Positions 53,060-64,000 of a stretch of DNA of 64,000 nt are shown in pieces. The first letter of the stretch is position 1; the number at the start of each line of letters is the position of its first letter. Source of the stretch: Octopus sinensis (Eukaryota); contig NW_021824849.1 in the NCBI RefSeq assembly GCF_006345805.1, forward strand, positions 1,698 through 65,697, read 5' to 3'. Position numbers and translations under genes: made by a program. The notes under the pieces are model-generated. The model did not search any database and was not told the origin of the DNA. It was given only the letters and a program-made list of their open reading frames with translations.

Positions 53060-53366
53060 CAAATCAATTTTCCCCATTGAAATTAACTGAGATATAGTTA
53101 ATCCGTTCAAAAATATTTTATGGGTTTTAAAGCAGAAAAGTTGTAGTCAAAAGTAAAATAACAATTATAAAAAAGAGAATGCAAAAGAAATATGTTAATT
53201 GGTTTTATTAACTGAATTAATTACCTTAAAGATGGGACGGTTTGTGTGCCCGTACAGCGGATTTCCGTTCATACTTCAAGACAAAAAATCGCACGAGTCT
53301 CGGCTCGTACAGTAACAGTAAATTACTCCTAGAATGATGCACTCGTACTGCGAGATTCTAGTGTGT
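53060..53366. mobile_element. Tigger-like MITE fragment
   Basis: Terminal ctcgtactgcgagattctagtgt (complement acactagaatctcgcagtacgag) resembles a Tigger TIR; other end not found. Confidence 0.4.
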
Positions 53367-53367
53367 G

Positions 53368-53399
<32 letters not shown>

Positions 53400-53499
53400 A
53401 TATTTCCTTGTACTGTCGTTACTGTCCTGGTTTTGTTACCATTTTTACCCCTCTGCAAAAAGATCTCAAATTTTATTTGATTTGCTTTTCGCAGGAAGG

Positions 53500-53770
53500 A
53501 AAGTTTCTTATCGAAGATACGTCTCGCCTTCACCTTCGAAACGTAGAGTAGATGAAACCATGGCGACTGAAGAAGGGGTTTTTTTCCTTGTGTTATTTGT
53601 CCTGTACTCTTTTTTTGTTGTTTAAGAAAAATGTCCAGTTCCTTGTGTTTGTGTCTATGTTTTCGTTTCTCATTGTGTTCGACGTTTTTTTGGTGTCCTG
53701 TACTCATATATGCATGTATATATACATGTAGAGGTAGGTACGTACATATATGTACATATATATGCATATG
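53500..53770 (+). mobile_element. Penelope-like terminal repeat (PLE-b) with candidate permuted hammerhead
   Basis: Body matches 16075-16330; see findings. Confidence 0.6.
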
Positions 53771-54204
53771 TTTTATTTATTAATATATTATATATATATA
53801 TATATTATATATATATATATATATGACGGCTTAGACACAGTTTCGGCCTATCGAATTCACTCACAAGCCATTTGGTTGCAAAGCGGGCTTCTTGATCTCA
53901 CAGCGATGCATATTGAAATTCGGTGTGCTTTTTGCATTTCCTTCTATATCTTATGGACGTTATTGTAATGCTTTCATTTCATTACAGGACCTCCAATGAT
54001 GTTCTTGGGTGGGTGTGGATGTGTTTGTATATATATGTTTATTTAGATAAAGTGACGGAATACATCTAGATTATAGATTTATCTTCTAAATACAAAAACG
54101 CATCTATTATCCGTTATATATCTCTGTCCTCCTATCCCCTCTCTTTCTCTCTCTCTTTCCATAAACATACATACATACATACATACACACATAATTATAT
54201 GAAT

Positions 54205-54235
<31 letters not shown>

Positions 54236-54309
54236 ACTACAAAATTAGAAAATGGAGAAACATATATATATAGAGAGAAAATTAGAAAATGGAGAAACAT
54301 ATATATATA

Positions 54310-54365
<56 letters not shown>

Positions 54366-54394
54366 TTATGTAGATATACGTATGTGTAGCCGCC

Positions 54395-54570
54395 ATGATC
54401 GACCGCTAGGCACTAAAGCCTTTTTTTTATTCTCTCTCTCTTTATTTTCTTCTGTTCCTTTCTGCTGAAGAGCGTAGGCTCGAAACCTTTCCATTCTTCC
54501 CGAGCGTTAAACTAATACACCTGTTTGTTGTGTATACACCTGTCTTCGTCTTTTGTTTTTGTAAATCCCA
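54395..54570 (+). mobile_element. Penelope-like terminal repeat (PLE-a)
   Basis: CTGCTGA-a-GAGCgtagGCTC-GAAAC with a deletion after the motif; rest matches 1-140. Confidence 0.55.
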
Positions 54571-54651
54571 ACTATACACACACACCACACACACACATAT
54601 ATGTATGTATATATATATGTATGTATATACAGAGAGAGAGAGTTATGTAGA

Positions 54652-54694
<43 letters not shown>

Positions 54695-55904
54695 CGCGCT
54701 CGCGCGCACTTATCTCTGCGTGTGTATGTTTATATATGTATGTGAGTGTTTCGATAACGTTGAAGTGCAAATGTATAACATCAAAATATACTCGTATAAT
54801 TCCATTACGCTTACTCTGGGTACACTTGTATATCTTAATGTATATATATATACACACACAACTTTATTAACACATTTTCACAAACGCACGCGCTTGCACA
54901 CATACACACACACATTCATGCACACGTGTTAACGTACGCCTTTAAAATATGTAAATACACTGCATATGCACACACTCACACGTGTAGCAACACATACACA
55001 CGCGCACGCACATACATACACACACGCATGCGCACACACACACCTACATCGTACGCCCAGACACCTAATATCTGTTGCCAATAAAATTCCTTAGAATCGC
55101 ACATTCCAATTAAGTTTGTTCACGTGAATAATTTTATCAGACTTTTTTCTAAAAAAATCTCAGCTTTCTATTTCCATCTCTCTCCCTCTTTCTTTCTCCC
55201 CCCTCTCTCTCTCTCTGCCCTCAAAAGCTACTGTGCTACAGTAGGTGCGGTCATGGGTTCAAAATCTGTGTGTAAGAGAGTGTGTGTATTCGAAGCAGTG
55301 GACCAGCTTTCTTCCAGAATAAATGTTAACTCTGCCAACATTACACAGAACGAACCAACAGAGAAGTCTCTTATATTAAGGATGGGTAAAACTTCTTAGA
55401 AGAAGAGAAGAGTGAAACTACAGGTTCTATAAGAACCAGCCTGTGGGGGGCGCATCTGCGCCGAGAGAGAAAGAAAATACATAATGAATCATTAATTATA
55501 CAAATTAATAGGTTGTGCAACTTATATTTAATTACTATTTTGGTGTAGATGAATAAACCTGTTTTATTACGTCTTGGTGTTTGAGAGATTGTGTCAGCGG
55601 GTGGTTTCGAATGCATGCAGGTGGGATGGGGTGGGATGGGAGGGTTACCTGCCTTGATCCAGTAACCGTTAGTAAAAGTTGAACAACAGCCAAATCTACC
55701 CCAGACAACACCCGAATCTGTGTGTGTGTGTCTGTGTGTGTTAGTGTTTTAATGGCTATATTAGATAATATAGTTCGGCGTATATACAATTATATTAGTC
55801 CAAGAAAATATGGGATGGCCATAGGCTGAGTGCCTTTGGTTATAGATTAACTCGTTCAAAGATTACTGGAGCTTGTTTGCTATGTATATTCTATTCCCAT
55901 CTTA

Positions 55905-56105
55905 CAAGGCGGCACCCTGGCAAAATCATTAAATGTCTGAAGAAATATGTTTCTTTGGCTCTTTACGTTCTGAGTTCAAATTTCCCTGAGGTCGATTTTG
56001 CATTTTATCTTTTCAGGGTCGATAAAATAAGTACCAGTTGAGCATTGGGGGTCAATGTAATCGACTTTACCTAAAATTGCTGGCAATGTTCCAAAACTAG
56101 AAAGA
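55905..56105 (+). mobile_element. Family B SINE remnant
   Basis: ttacgttctgagttcaaatt...gggtcgataaaataagtaccag. Confidence 0.7.
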
Positions 56106-56170
56106 ATTATCTAGCTTTTCTTATACGGCTGCGCGCTGACCGAATCGTCAGAGCAACGGAAAAACACGAG

Positions 56171-57151
56171 TACAGTCGTCCCTCGACAATCGCGAGTGTA
56201 ACGCTCCAGAACAAACCGCGATAAGTAAAAATCCGCGAAGTAGAAACTCTCTCTTTTATTCTTTTACTTGTTTCAGTCATTTGATTGCGGCCATGCTGGA
56301 GCACCGCCTTTAGTCGAGCAAATCGATCCCAGGACTTGACTTTTTTAGCCTGGTACTTATTCTATCGGTCGTTTTTGCCGAACCGCTAAGTTACGGAGAC
56401 GTAAGCACACCAGCATGGGTTGTCAAGCGATGTTGGGGGGAACAAACACAGACACACAAACATACACACACACACCACACACACACACACACACACCCAC
56501 ACCCATACATATATATATTATATATTATATATATATTATATATACATATACATATATACGACGGCTTCTTTCAGTTTCCGTCTACCAATCCACTCACAAG
56601 GCTTTGTCGGCCCGAGGCTATAGTAGAAGACACTGGCCAAGGTGCCATACACAGTGGGAATGAACCCTAAACCATGTGGTTGGTAAGCAAGCTACTTACC
56701 ACACAGCCACTGTATATTTTTTATTTGTATATATTTATTTTATTATTTGTAAATATTTATTTTATTATTTTTATTTGTTCTCTTAAGAGTACCCGTGTCT
56801 TCTCTTTCTTTGCCTTCGAGTTTCGTTTTCCATTCAGTATGTGCTATTCTTTGCTTACTCATCTACGGTACACTATGTGCTTTCTTTTAATATATTACAA
56901 TTAATGTATTTATACAGTGCAGTACTGTACTGTGATTTTAATTACTAATTTATTAATTTTTAGGCGTGAAAATTCTTATTTTACCAAAGAAATAATTAAA
57001 ATATAAAAAAATATATATATAAATACGTATCGGCAGCAGAAACCCGCGACATACTGAAACCGCGATATAAATTTACGTATATTAGCCTGAAAAATACGCG
57101 ATGTACTGAGGGCGCGATAGTTGAACCGCGATATGGCGAGTGATTACTGTA
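56171..57151 (-). mobile_element. Tigger/pogo-like MITE interrupted by a family A SINE
   Basis: Ends tacagtcgtccctcgacaatcgcg and ccgcgatatggcgagtgattactgta; both match 11157-11378. Confidence 0.78.
56248..56710 (-). mobile_element. SINE family A, full length
   Basis: Reverse complement of the family A structure. Confidence 0.9.
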
Positions 57152-57267
57152 TATGCATTTTATCAATATTTAGCAGATGCAACTTTGATAAGTGCTATCA
57201 CACGAAACTCTCCGCACTTGAGTCACTCTGTTGCTTCTACTAAATATTAATCCTTTCTACTATAGGC

Positions 57268-57888
57268 ACAAGGCCTGAAATTTGTGGGGAGGGAACTAGT
57301 TGATTACATCGACCGCAGTGCTCGACCACGATAGGATGAAAGGTAAAGTCGACCTCGGTGGAATTTGAACTCAGAACGTAAAAATGAACAAAATGTTTGT
57401 TAAGCATTATGCCCGGCGCGCTAACGATTCTGCCAGCTCGCTTCTGCTAATTATTAATGATAATAACAGCAACAATAATAATTCTTTCTACTGGAAGCAC
57501 AAGGCCTCAAATTTAGGGGAAGGGATTAAGTCGATTACATCGACCCCAGTACGTAACTGGTACTTATTTGATCGACCTCGAAAGAATGAAAGGCAAAGTC
57601 GACCTCAGCAGAATTTGAACTCAGAATGTAAAGACGGACGAAATGCAGTCAAGCATTAACGATTCTTATTTCTTTATTGCCCACAAGGGGCTACACACAG
57701 AGGGGACAAACAAGGACAGACAAACGGATTAAGTCGATTATATCGACCCCAGTGCATTACTGGTACTTATTTAATCGACCCCAAAAGGATGACAGGCAAA
57801 GTCGACCTCGGCGGAATTTGAACTCAGAACATAGCGGCAGACGAAATACGGCTAAGCATTTCGCCCGTCGTGCTAACGCTTCTGCAAA
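57268..57888 (-). mobile_element. Three family B SINE copies
   Basis: Three ggaatttgaactcagaa/cagaatttgaactcagaa cores; junction (minus strand) aaagaaata|agaatcgtt near 57667. Confidence 0.8.
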
Positions 57889-58389
57889 ATATTAATAACA
57901 ACGACAACAACAACAATAATAATACACACACACACACACACCACATATGTGCCCACCACGTATACTCTCTCACATGTATCGACAGACAGAGGAAAGAAGC
58001 TGATAGAGAGACAGACATCCAGACGGACAGGGTCGAAGATAACAGATTTATCAGTAATATCAAGCTTTTACAATCTCCTTCCAGAAACATTCTCCGTCGG
58101 TCCAGACAGAAGTATGTCGTCACTATCTTAAAGATAGGACTTCACTGTTCAGTAGTGTTACTAAGAAATGCTAATATATTACTGTCTGTAAATAGACAGG
58201 AATGGTTCTACTGTTGGTAAGAAGTGGCAAACACAAACGGATGACTAACTTCTTCCGACTGTATAAACCGGTTATCTTTTCTATCCTTTACTTGTTTCAG
58301 CTATTGGACTGCGGCCAAGCTGGTGCATCCCCTTGGAGGGTTTAGTCGAACAAATCGACACCAGTATTTATTAAAGAAAAACTTTTTCA

Positions 58390-58461
58390 AGCAGAGTGGC
58401 GCAGTGGCAGCGTGCTGGGCCCATAACCCAGAGATCCGTAGATCGAAACTACGCTCTGCTA
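58390..58461 (+). tRNA. tRNA-iMet-CAT: Initiator tRNA-Met (CAT), gene or variant copy
   Basis: Acceptor stem AGCAGAG/CTCTGCT with A1:U72, discriminator A; anticodon stem CTGGG/CCCAG with three G-C pairs; loop CCCATAA (C33, CAT at 58422-58424); T-arm CGTAG-ATCGAAA-CTACG (A54, A60). Departures from the usual metazoan initiator: C20, A46, no downstream T-run. Confidence 0.9.
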
Positions 58462-58468
58462 AAAGTAC

Positions 58469-58826
58469 ATAGGCGCAGGAGTGGCTGTGTGGTAAGTAGC
58501 TTGCTTACCAACCACATGGTTCCGGGTTCAACTCCCACAGCCTCAGGCCGACCAAAGCCTTGTGAGTGAATTTAGAAGACGGAAACTGAAAGAAGCCCGT
58601 CGTATATATGTATGTGTGTGTATATGTTTGTGCGTCTGTGTTTGTCCCCCAACATCGCTTGACAACCGATGGTGGTGTGTTTATGTCCCCGTAACTTAGC
58701 GGTTCGGCAAAGGAGACCGATAGAATAAGTACTAGGCTTCCAAAGAATAAGTCCTGGGGTCGATTTGCTCGACTAAAGGCGGTGCTTCAGCATGGCCACA
58801 ATCTTATGGCTGAAACGTGTAAAAGG
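58469..58826 (+). mobile_element. SINE family A with an internal deletion of about 35 bp after the B-box
   Basis: Starts 7 nt after the tRNA; ggttcaactcccac|agcctcaggccgacc lacks the cttgggcaagtgtcttct segment. Confidence 0.88.
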
Positions 58827-58843
58827 ATCTCTCCCTCTCTCTC

Positions 58844-58891
<48 letters not shown>

Positions 58892-58892
58892 C

Positions 58893-59078
58893 TCTTCTTG
58901 TCGGGGGTCCCAGATGAACCTACCTCACGACAGGAGACACAGATGCGAGCAGCGGCATCGAACTCTCTTGTTGATCAAGTGCCACGTATCAGAGGTGGAT
59001 TCACATATTAGTGTAGCTCATTCAGCGGTGGTGCCCCAGCATGGCCGCGGCCTTCGGGCTAAAACATTTTTAAGGATT
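58893..59078 (+). mobile_element. CR1/L2-group LINE 3' end with stem-loop tail
   Basis: Translation GVPDEPTSRQETQMRAAASNSLVDQV resembles the CR1-group end IPDEP...RAA.SNSL; then ggtgccccagcatggccgcggccttcgggctaaaac tail. Confidence 0.6.
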
Positions 59079-59139
59079 TAACGATATATATATATGCAAT
59101 GGGTGTGTGTGTGTGTGTGTGTGTATACATAAACACACA

Positions 59140-59305
59140 CACGAGCTTCTTTCAGTTTCCGTCTACCAATTCCATTCACGAGGTTTTTTGATTGTTCCGA
59201 GACTATATAAGAAGAAAATTGCCCCCAGATCGTATGCAGTGGGACTGAACTCGAGACCGTGTGGTTGGCAAACAAACTTTTTACCACACAGCCAATCCTA
59301 CGCTT
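59140..59305 (-). mobile_element. SINE family A, 5' half, degenerate
   Basis: gcttctttcagtttccgtctacc...ttaccacacagcca. Confidence 0.7.
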
Positions 59306-59819
59306 ACATGTTGAAAATATTATAGAACTCAAGGAATAAGTGATACATGAAATGATGGCAGGAATTTCAGAAGGGTGGAACAAAGTGATGATTTTCTGCG
59401 ATATCTATTGTGTGTGTGTGGTGGTGGTGGTGTTGGTGGTGGTGGTGTTGGTGGTGGCAGTGGTGACAGAGGTCTATGGGGGAGTTTTGGAAGTTGATAC
59501 CTTATTAGTGATGTATCACTAAGGATTTATCTCCGAGATAATGAGATTTTTTTCGTTTCAGTAACTAAGAATAAATCACCGCACCTTGAAAGTATTACAG
59601 TAATCTGTGTATGCGCATCTAGACTTGTGTGTGTGTGTATGTGTGTGAATGCGTGTGTGTGTTTGCTGGGGGTGCCGGTTTGCTTTGCGTGGGGGAAGGG
59701 ATTGGCCTCAGCCACCATGACTTCACTATCAGTTTGTGACCCAGTGACCTAATGAGTAAGGATGAGGATGTAGATGATGTAGGAAGGAGGTAGAAGCTGA
59801 TGAAATTGCTATACATACA

Positions 59820-59852
<33 letters not shown>

Positions 59853-60194
59853 GAACATACACGCACACAAACATACATTCACTCATATACACACACACAC
59901 ACACACACCACACACACATATGACGAGGTGGGGCTGTGAAGGTGCGTGCTAATATGGCTAAGCGTATTTTATTTAATGTGGCGTATGGGAATTTCCTTTC
60001 CGCTTTACATCATCGTCTCGCTAGGGACCAATGTCGCAGCCCTCGAATTATTTATAATTAACCTATAATTAATCTGTGAGCCCTCTGCTGAGGGTATGCC
60101 TCAATCCCGAAAAGTTGAAGTGTACTCTTTTCAGTTAATTTGATTCGTGTGCTTGTTTGCCTGTGTGTGTGTGGAGAGAGAGAGAGAGAGAGGG

Positions 60195-60242
<48 letters not shown>

Positions 60243-60264
60243 GAGAGAGGACAGACAGACAGAC

Positions 60265-60301
<37 letters not shown>

Positions 60302-60384
60302 AAATCGATGACAAAAAGACAAAGTTCAACTATGAAATCGACAGAAATCCAAGGGACGTTTGCAGTTGATAGTGATTTCAAATT

Positions 60385-61400
60385 TTGGCGCAAGGCCAGC
60401 AAGTTTCGGAGAGGAGTTTAGTCGATTACCTAAACTACAGTGCTCCACTGGTACTTATTTTATCGACCCCGAAAAGGATAAAAGACAAAGTCGACGTTGA
60501 CGGAAATTGAAATCGCAATGTAAAGACGGACGAAATGCCGCTGAGCATTTTGTCCGGAGAGAGAGCTAACGACTTTGGCAGCTCACCGCCTTAATTGGAG
60601 GTAATAATATTAGTATGACAATACTAAGGTGGCGAGCTGGCAGCAATGTTAGCACGCCGGGCGAAATGCTTAGTGGTATTTCGTCTGCCGCTACGTTCTG
60701 AGTTCAAATTCCGTCAAGGTCGACTTTGCCTTTCATCCTTTCGGGGTCGATTAAATAAGTACCAGTTACGCACTGGGGTCGATATAATCGACTTAATCCG
60801 AGTGTGTCTGTCCTTGTTCGTCCCCTCTGTGTTTAGCCCCTTGTGGGTAGTAAAGAAATAGGTATTTCGTCTACCGTTACGTTCTGAGTTCAAATTCCGC
60901 CGAGGTCGACTTTGCCTTTCAGCATTTCGTGATTGATTAAATAAGTACCAGTTACGCACTGGAGTAGATGTAATCGACTTAATCCCTTTGTATGTCCTTG
61001 TTTGTCCCCTCTATGTTTAGCCCCTTGTGGGCAATAAAGAAATAAATATAAGTATGGCAAAGGTAGCGAGCTGGCCGAGTCATTAGCAGGCTGGGCAAAA
61101 TGCTTAGCAGCATTTTGTCCATCTTTACGTTCTGAGTTCAAATTCCGCCGAGGAATTATTTGAAGAATTCATTTGAGTCAAATTTTTTTTTTCTTTTTTT
61201 AATATCGAGGACATCAGAAAGGCGGTGAGCTGGCACAATCGTTAGCATTTCATCTTTCATTATGCTCTGAGTTCAAATTTCACTGAGGACGACTTTGCCT
61301 TTTATCCCTTTCGAGGTCGATATGATAAATACCAGTTGAGCACTTGGGTCGACGTAATCCCCCGAAATTGCTGGCCTCGTGCCAAAGTCTGAAATCAACA
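60385..61400. mobile_element. Family B SINE cluster including a dimer (60625-61044, plus strand)
   Basis: Dimer junction at 60860/60861; candidate TSD aatattagtatgacaa (60606-60621) and aatataagtatggcaa (61045-61060), 14/16. Confidence 0.85.
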
Positions 61401-61481
61401 TTAAGGACACTAAACGAGTGTCGAGACCTACACATTGTATAAGCACACACACACGCACACACAAACACATATGTATGTATG

Positions 61482-61539
<58 letters not shown>

Positions 61540-61549
61540 CAAACACACC

Positions 61550-61685
61550 AGGGTTCTTTCAGTTTCCGTCTACCGAATCCACTCACGAAGCCATAGAAGA
61601 CACCTGCTCATGGTGTCACATAGTGGGACTGAACCCGGAACCATGTGGTTGTGAAGCAATCTTCTTACCACACAGCCACATACAT
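61550..61685 (-). mobile_element. SINE family A, 5' half, degenerate
   Basis: ttctttcagtttccgtctacc...gggactgaacccggaaccatgtgg. Confidence 0.7.
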
Positions 61686-62453
61686 CACTGGATGAGACTT
61701 TTCCCTTTCTACTCTGCACACATAATTGACTGAGAACTCGTATTCTTTTCTTTGTCTATTGTTAATAAAATCCTTTTAAATATATAGTAGACCTTTCAAT
61801 CCACTTACTCTGGCTTACGTGATGTTTAGGAACAAACAATCTGGCTTACATGTGTTTACAAATAATTGTTCTGATCCGGCTTTCAAGTCTATTTTTTGCA
61901 CCAATCCGGCCTGCACAACCAGAAGAGTTTCAAACATATCTGCTTTAAGAGGGTCGGAATGATAGGATAACTAGTGGCATTGTTCCGGCTGTGTGTGGTC
62001 TCTTCAAATCTGATCGAACCTAACTTAAATTCCTTTCATCCTTTCAAGTTCTCGCTCCTCTCTCCTTTCCCTCCTTCCCGTCTCTCGTCTTATCTCTCCC
62101 TTGCCCCCCCCCCTCTCGCCTCACTGTTTTCATATTATTTATGTGGGCATCTGCGTGTGTGTGGGTGTGAGAACCTATGGTCGAGACTGAATGGTGCGTT
62201 GTATGAGTAAAAACACCACTTCATCTCCCGTTGTTCCTCGATCATTTCCTCACCTGACACGTGGTACACCATGCACCTTTTCGGACAACGCCGATTTGAT
62301 AAAAAGAGTGAACTAAAGTACAACAATATCTATAGAGAGATAGGTAGATAGATAGAGAGAGTAAGAGAAGGAGAGAGAGATAGAGACAGACAGACAGACA
62401 AAGACAGAGACAGACAGACGGATGGACGGACGGATATACAAATACATATATCT

Positions 62454-62496
<43 letters not shown>

Positions 62497-62514
62497 TATA
62501 TATATATAATACAA

Positions 62515-62815
62515 ATGGGACAAGAACGCAAAACATCCGGAGAGCTAGTTGATACAAAAGGAGATAACAAAACATCCAGATAGACGATACAACGAAAGCA
62601 AAGACGGGTCATTCGAAGTTTTCTTTCTTCAGTCAAGCACCAGATTATTCTCGCAATTTCGGCTGATTATTTTTGAGATAAAAGAATATATATATAAAAT
62701 ACAAAAAAACTCCGAATGACCCGTCCTTGTTTTCTTTGTATCGTCTATCTCGATATTTTGTTGTCCCTTTCTTGTATCCCCTAACTGTCTGGATATTTTG
62801 CGCTCTTGTCCCACC
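62515..62815. repeat. Diverged fold-back inverted repeat of PLE-c
   Basis: Arms about 62515-62615 and 62712-62815, roughly 80% identical by eye; spacer carries the PLE-c motif. Confidence 0.75.
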
Positions 62816-62880
62816 TTGTATTTTTTTTCATGTATATATAGCGGCGTACGTACACTTTGGTCTCTCTCTCTCTGTCTTTC

Positions 62881-62938
<58 letters not shown>

Positions 62939-63252
62939 GCTATACATATATACATACACGCGCCCGCAACACCTTTGAGCAAACAGCCTTGGAGATTATC
63001 GTGTGAAAATAGTATAAGACCTTGTTTCAACCAATATCAACAGGCCTGGGGCTGCAAGACAAAGGAACAAAGCGGCTGCAAATATACCGCCTGCACTGAC
63101 GCAATCCTCATACTTGCAACATCTGCCGGGTTTTTTTGCAAATCGTTTGCGAGACTTAAATGTCACATTCAACATAAGTATTATGACTGACAAAGAAAGT
63201 GTAATTTGTCGGATGCTCATATGTCAAAACTGAGGAGAGAATCCAGCATACA

Positions 63253-63635
63253 TACAGGGGTTGGACAAAATAATTGAAACACCCTATTAAATAGAAATTT
63301 TATTATTCAATACGAAATTTGTCCACCTTTGGCATTAATCATAGCTTTAATCTGAACGGTTGCAGAGGGGTGCTGATCCATTCATCAAGTAAAACCTGCT
63401 TTAGCTCTCTACCTCTATTCAACGACGATGGTGGAAGAAAGCAGGTCCTCATTTGCTGTTTTCAAAACGCTCTATAAATGTTCGATTATATTGAGATCCA
63501 GTGATGGGAGAGGAAGTGGAGCAATCAAAGAGACATGCTTCACTTTTGTGCTTTCCATATCCAACTGTGAATAACATTAGCCGTGTGAACCGATGCATTA
63601 TCTTCCTTGAAGATTGCACTATCAGGGAGCAATGC
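63253..63635 (-). mobile_element. Tc1-like transposon 3' fragment
   Basis: TA-cagggg ttggacaaaata TIR; minus-strand AIFKEDNASVHTA...W followed by a DLNIIEHL-type motif. Confidence 0.75.
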
Positions 63636-63748
63636 ATGTATGTATATCTCGCTACGAGATTTAGTATAGCTATATAAACATGCATTTATATATATACATA
63701 TATAAATATATAAAATATAATATATTATATATATATATATATATATAG

Positions 63749-63782
<34 letters not shown>

Positions 63783-64000
63783 TATATATAATATAGGTGT
63801 GTGGTGTGTGTGCGTGTGTATGTTGTATGTATGTATGTATGTATGTATGTATGTATAGGGGGAATTCACAAAAAAAAGAAAAGGTGAAGACAGGTGGTGG
63901 CAGACATCAGACAGACAGACAGATGTATTAGTTAACGCTCGGGAAGTGAAAAAAGTCTTTAACTTTTCGAGCCTACTCTCTTCCACAGAAAGGAACATAG

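Noticed and set aside
55396-62329. Direct splice 62254 to 55455 gives WCTTCQMRPPQAGSYRTC, reminiscent of a DHHC cysteine-rich domain start
   Set aside because: Spacing is off, the HC pair is absent, a stop follows 7 codons later and no DHHC exon is visible

Overview
AT-rich, microsatellite-dense, repeat-dominated eukaryotic DNA. The SINE families and microsatellite density point to a cephalopod, most likely Octopus (inference from recalled repeat families, not a database search). I recognise no host protein-coding gene; almost all long ORFs in the track are translated microsatellites. Supported features: one initiator tRNA-Met gene or variant (58390-58461); many copies of at least four tRNA-derived SINE families, often nested or multimeric; decayed Tc1 and mariner transposons and MITEs (Tigger/pogo-like, hAT-like, one with an 8/9-bp TSD); a non-autonomous Helitron; fragments of R4/Dong-like, CRE-like, CR1/L2-like and RTE-like LINEs; and several Penelope-like terminal repeats with hammerhead-like motifs, five of them arranged as long fold-back inverted repeats next to (TA)n arrays. 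Best leads: (1) a SINE that inserts into its own head at a fixed GGTATTT site and also moves as a dimer with position-specific variants, with a subfamily whose internal 12-mer is complementary to the tail-target junction; (2) a candidate non-circularly permuted hammerhead at 53518-53578; (3) the fold-back hammerhead elements; (4) a terminator-less tRNA-iMet fused to a downstream SINE. Repeat boundaries are approximate unless a TSD or TIR is quoted.
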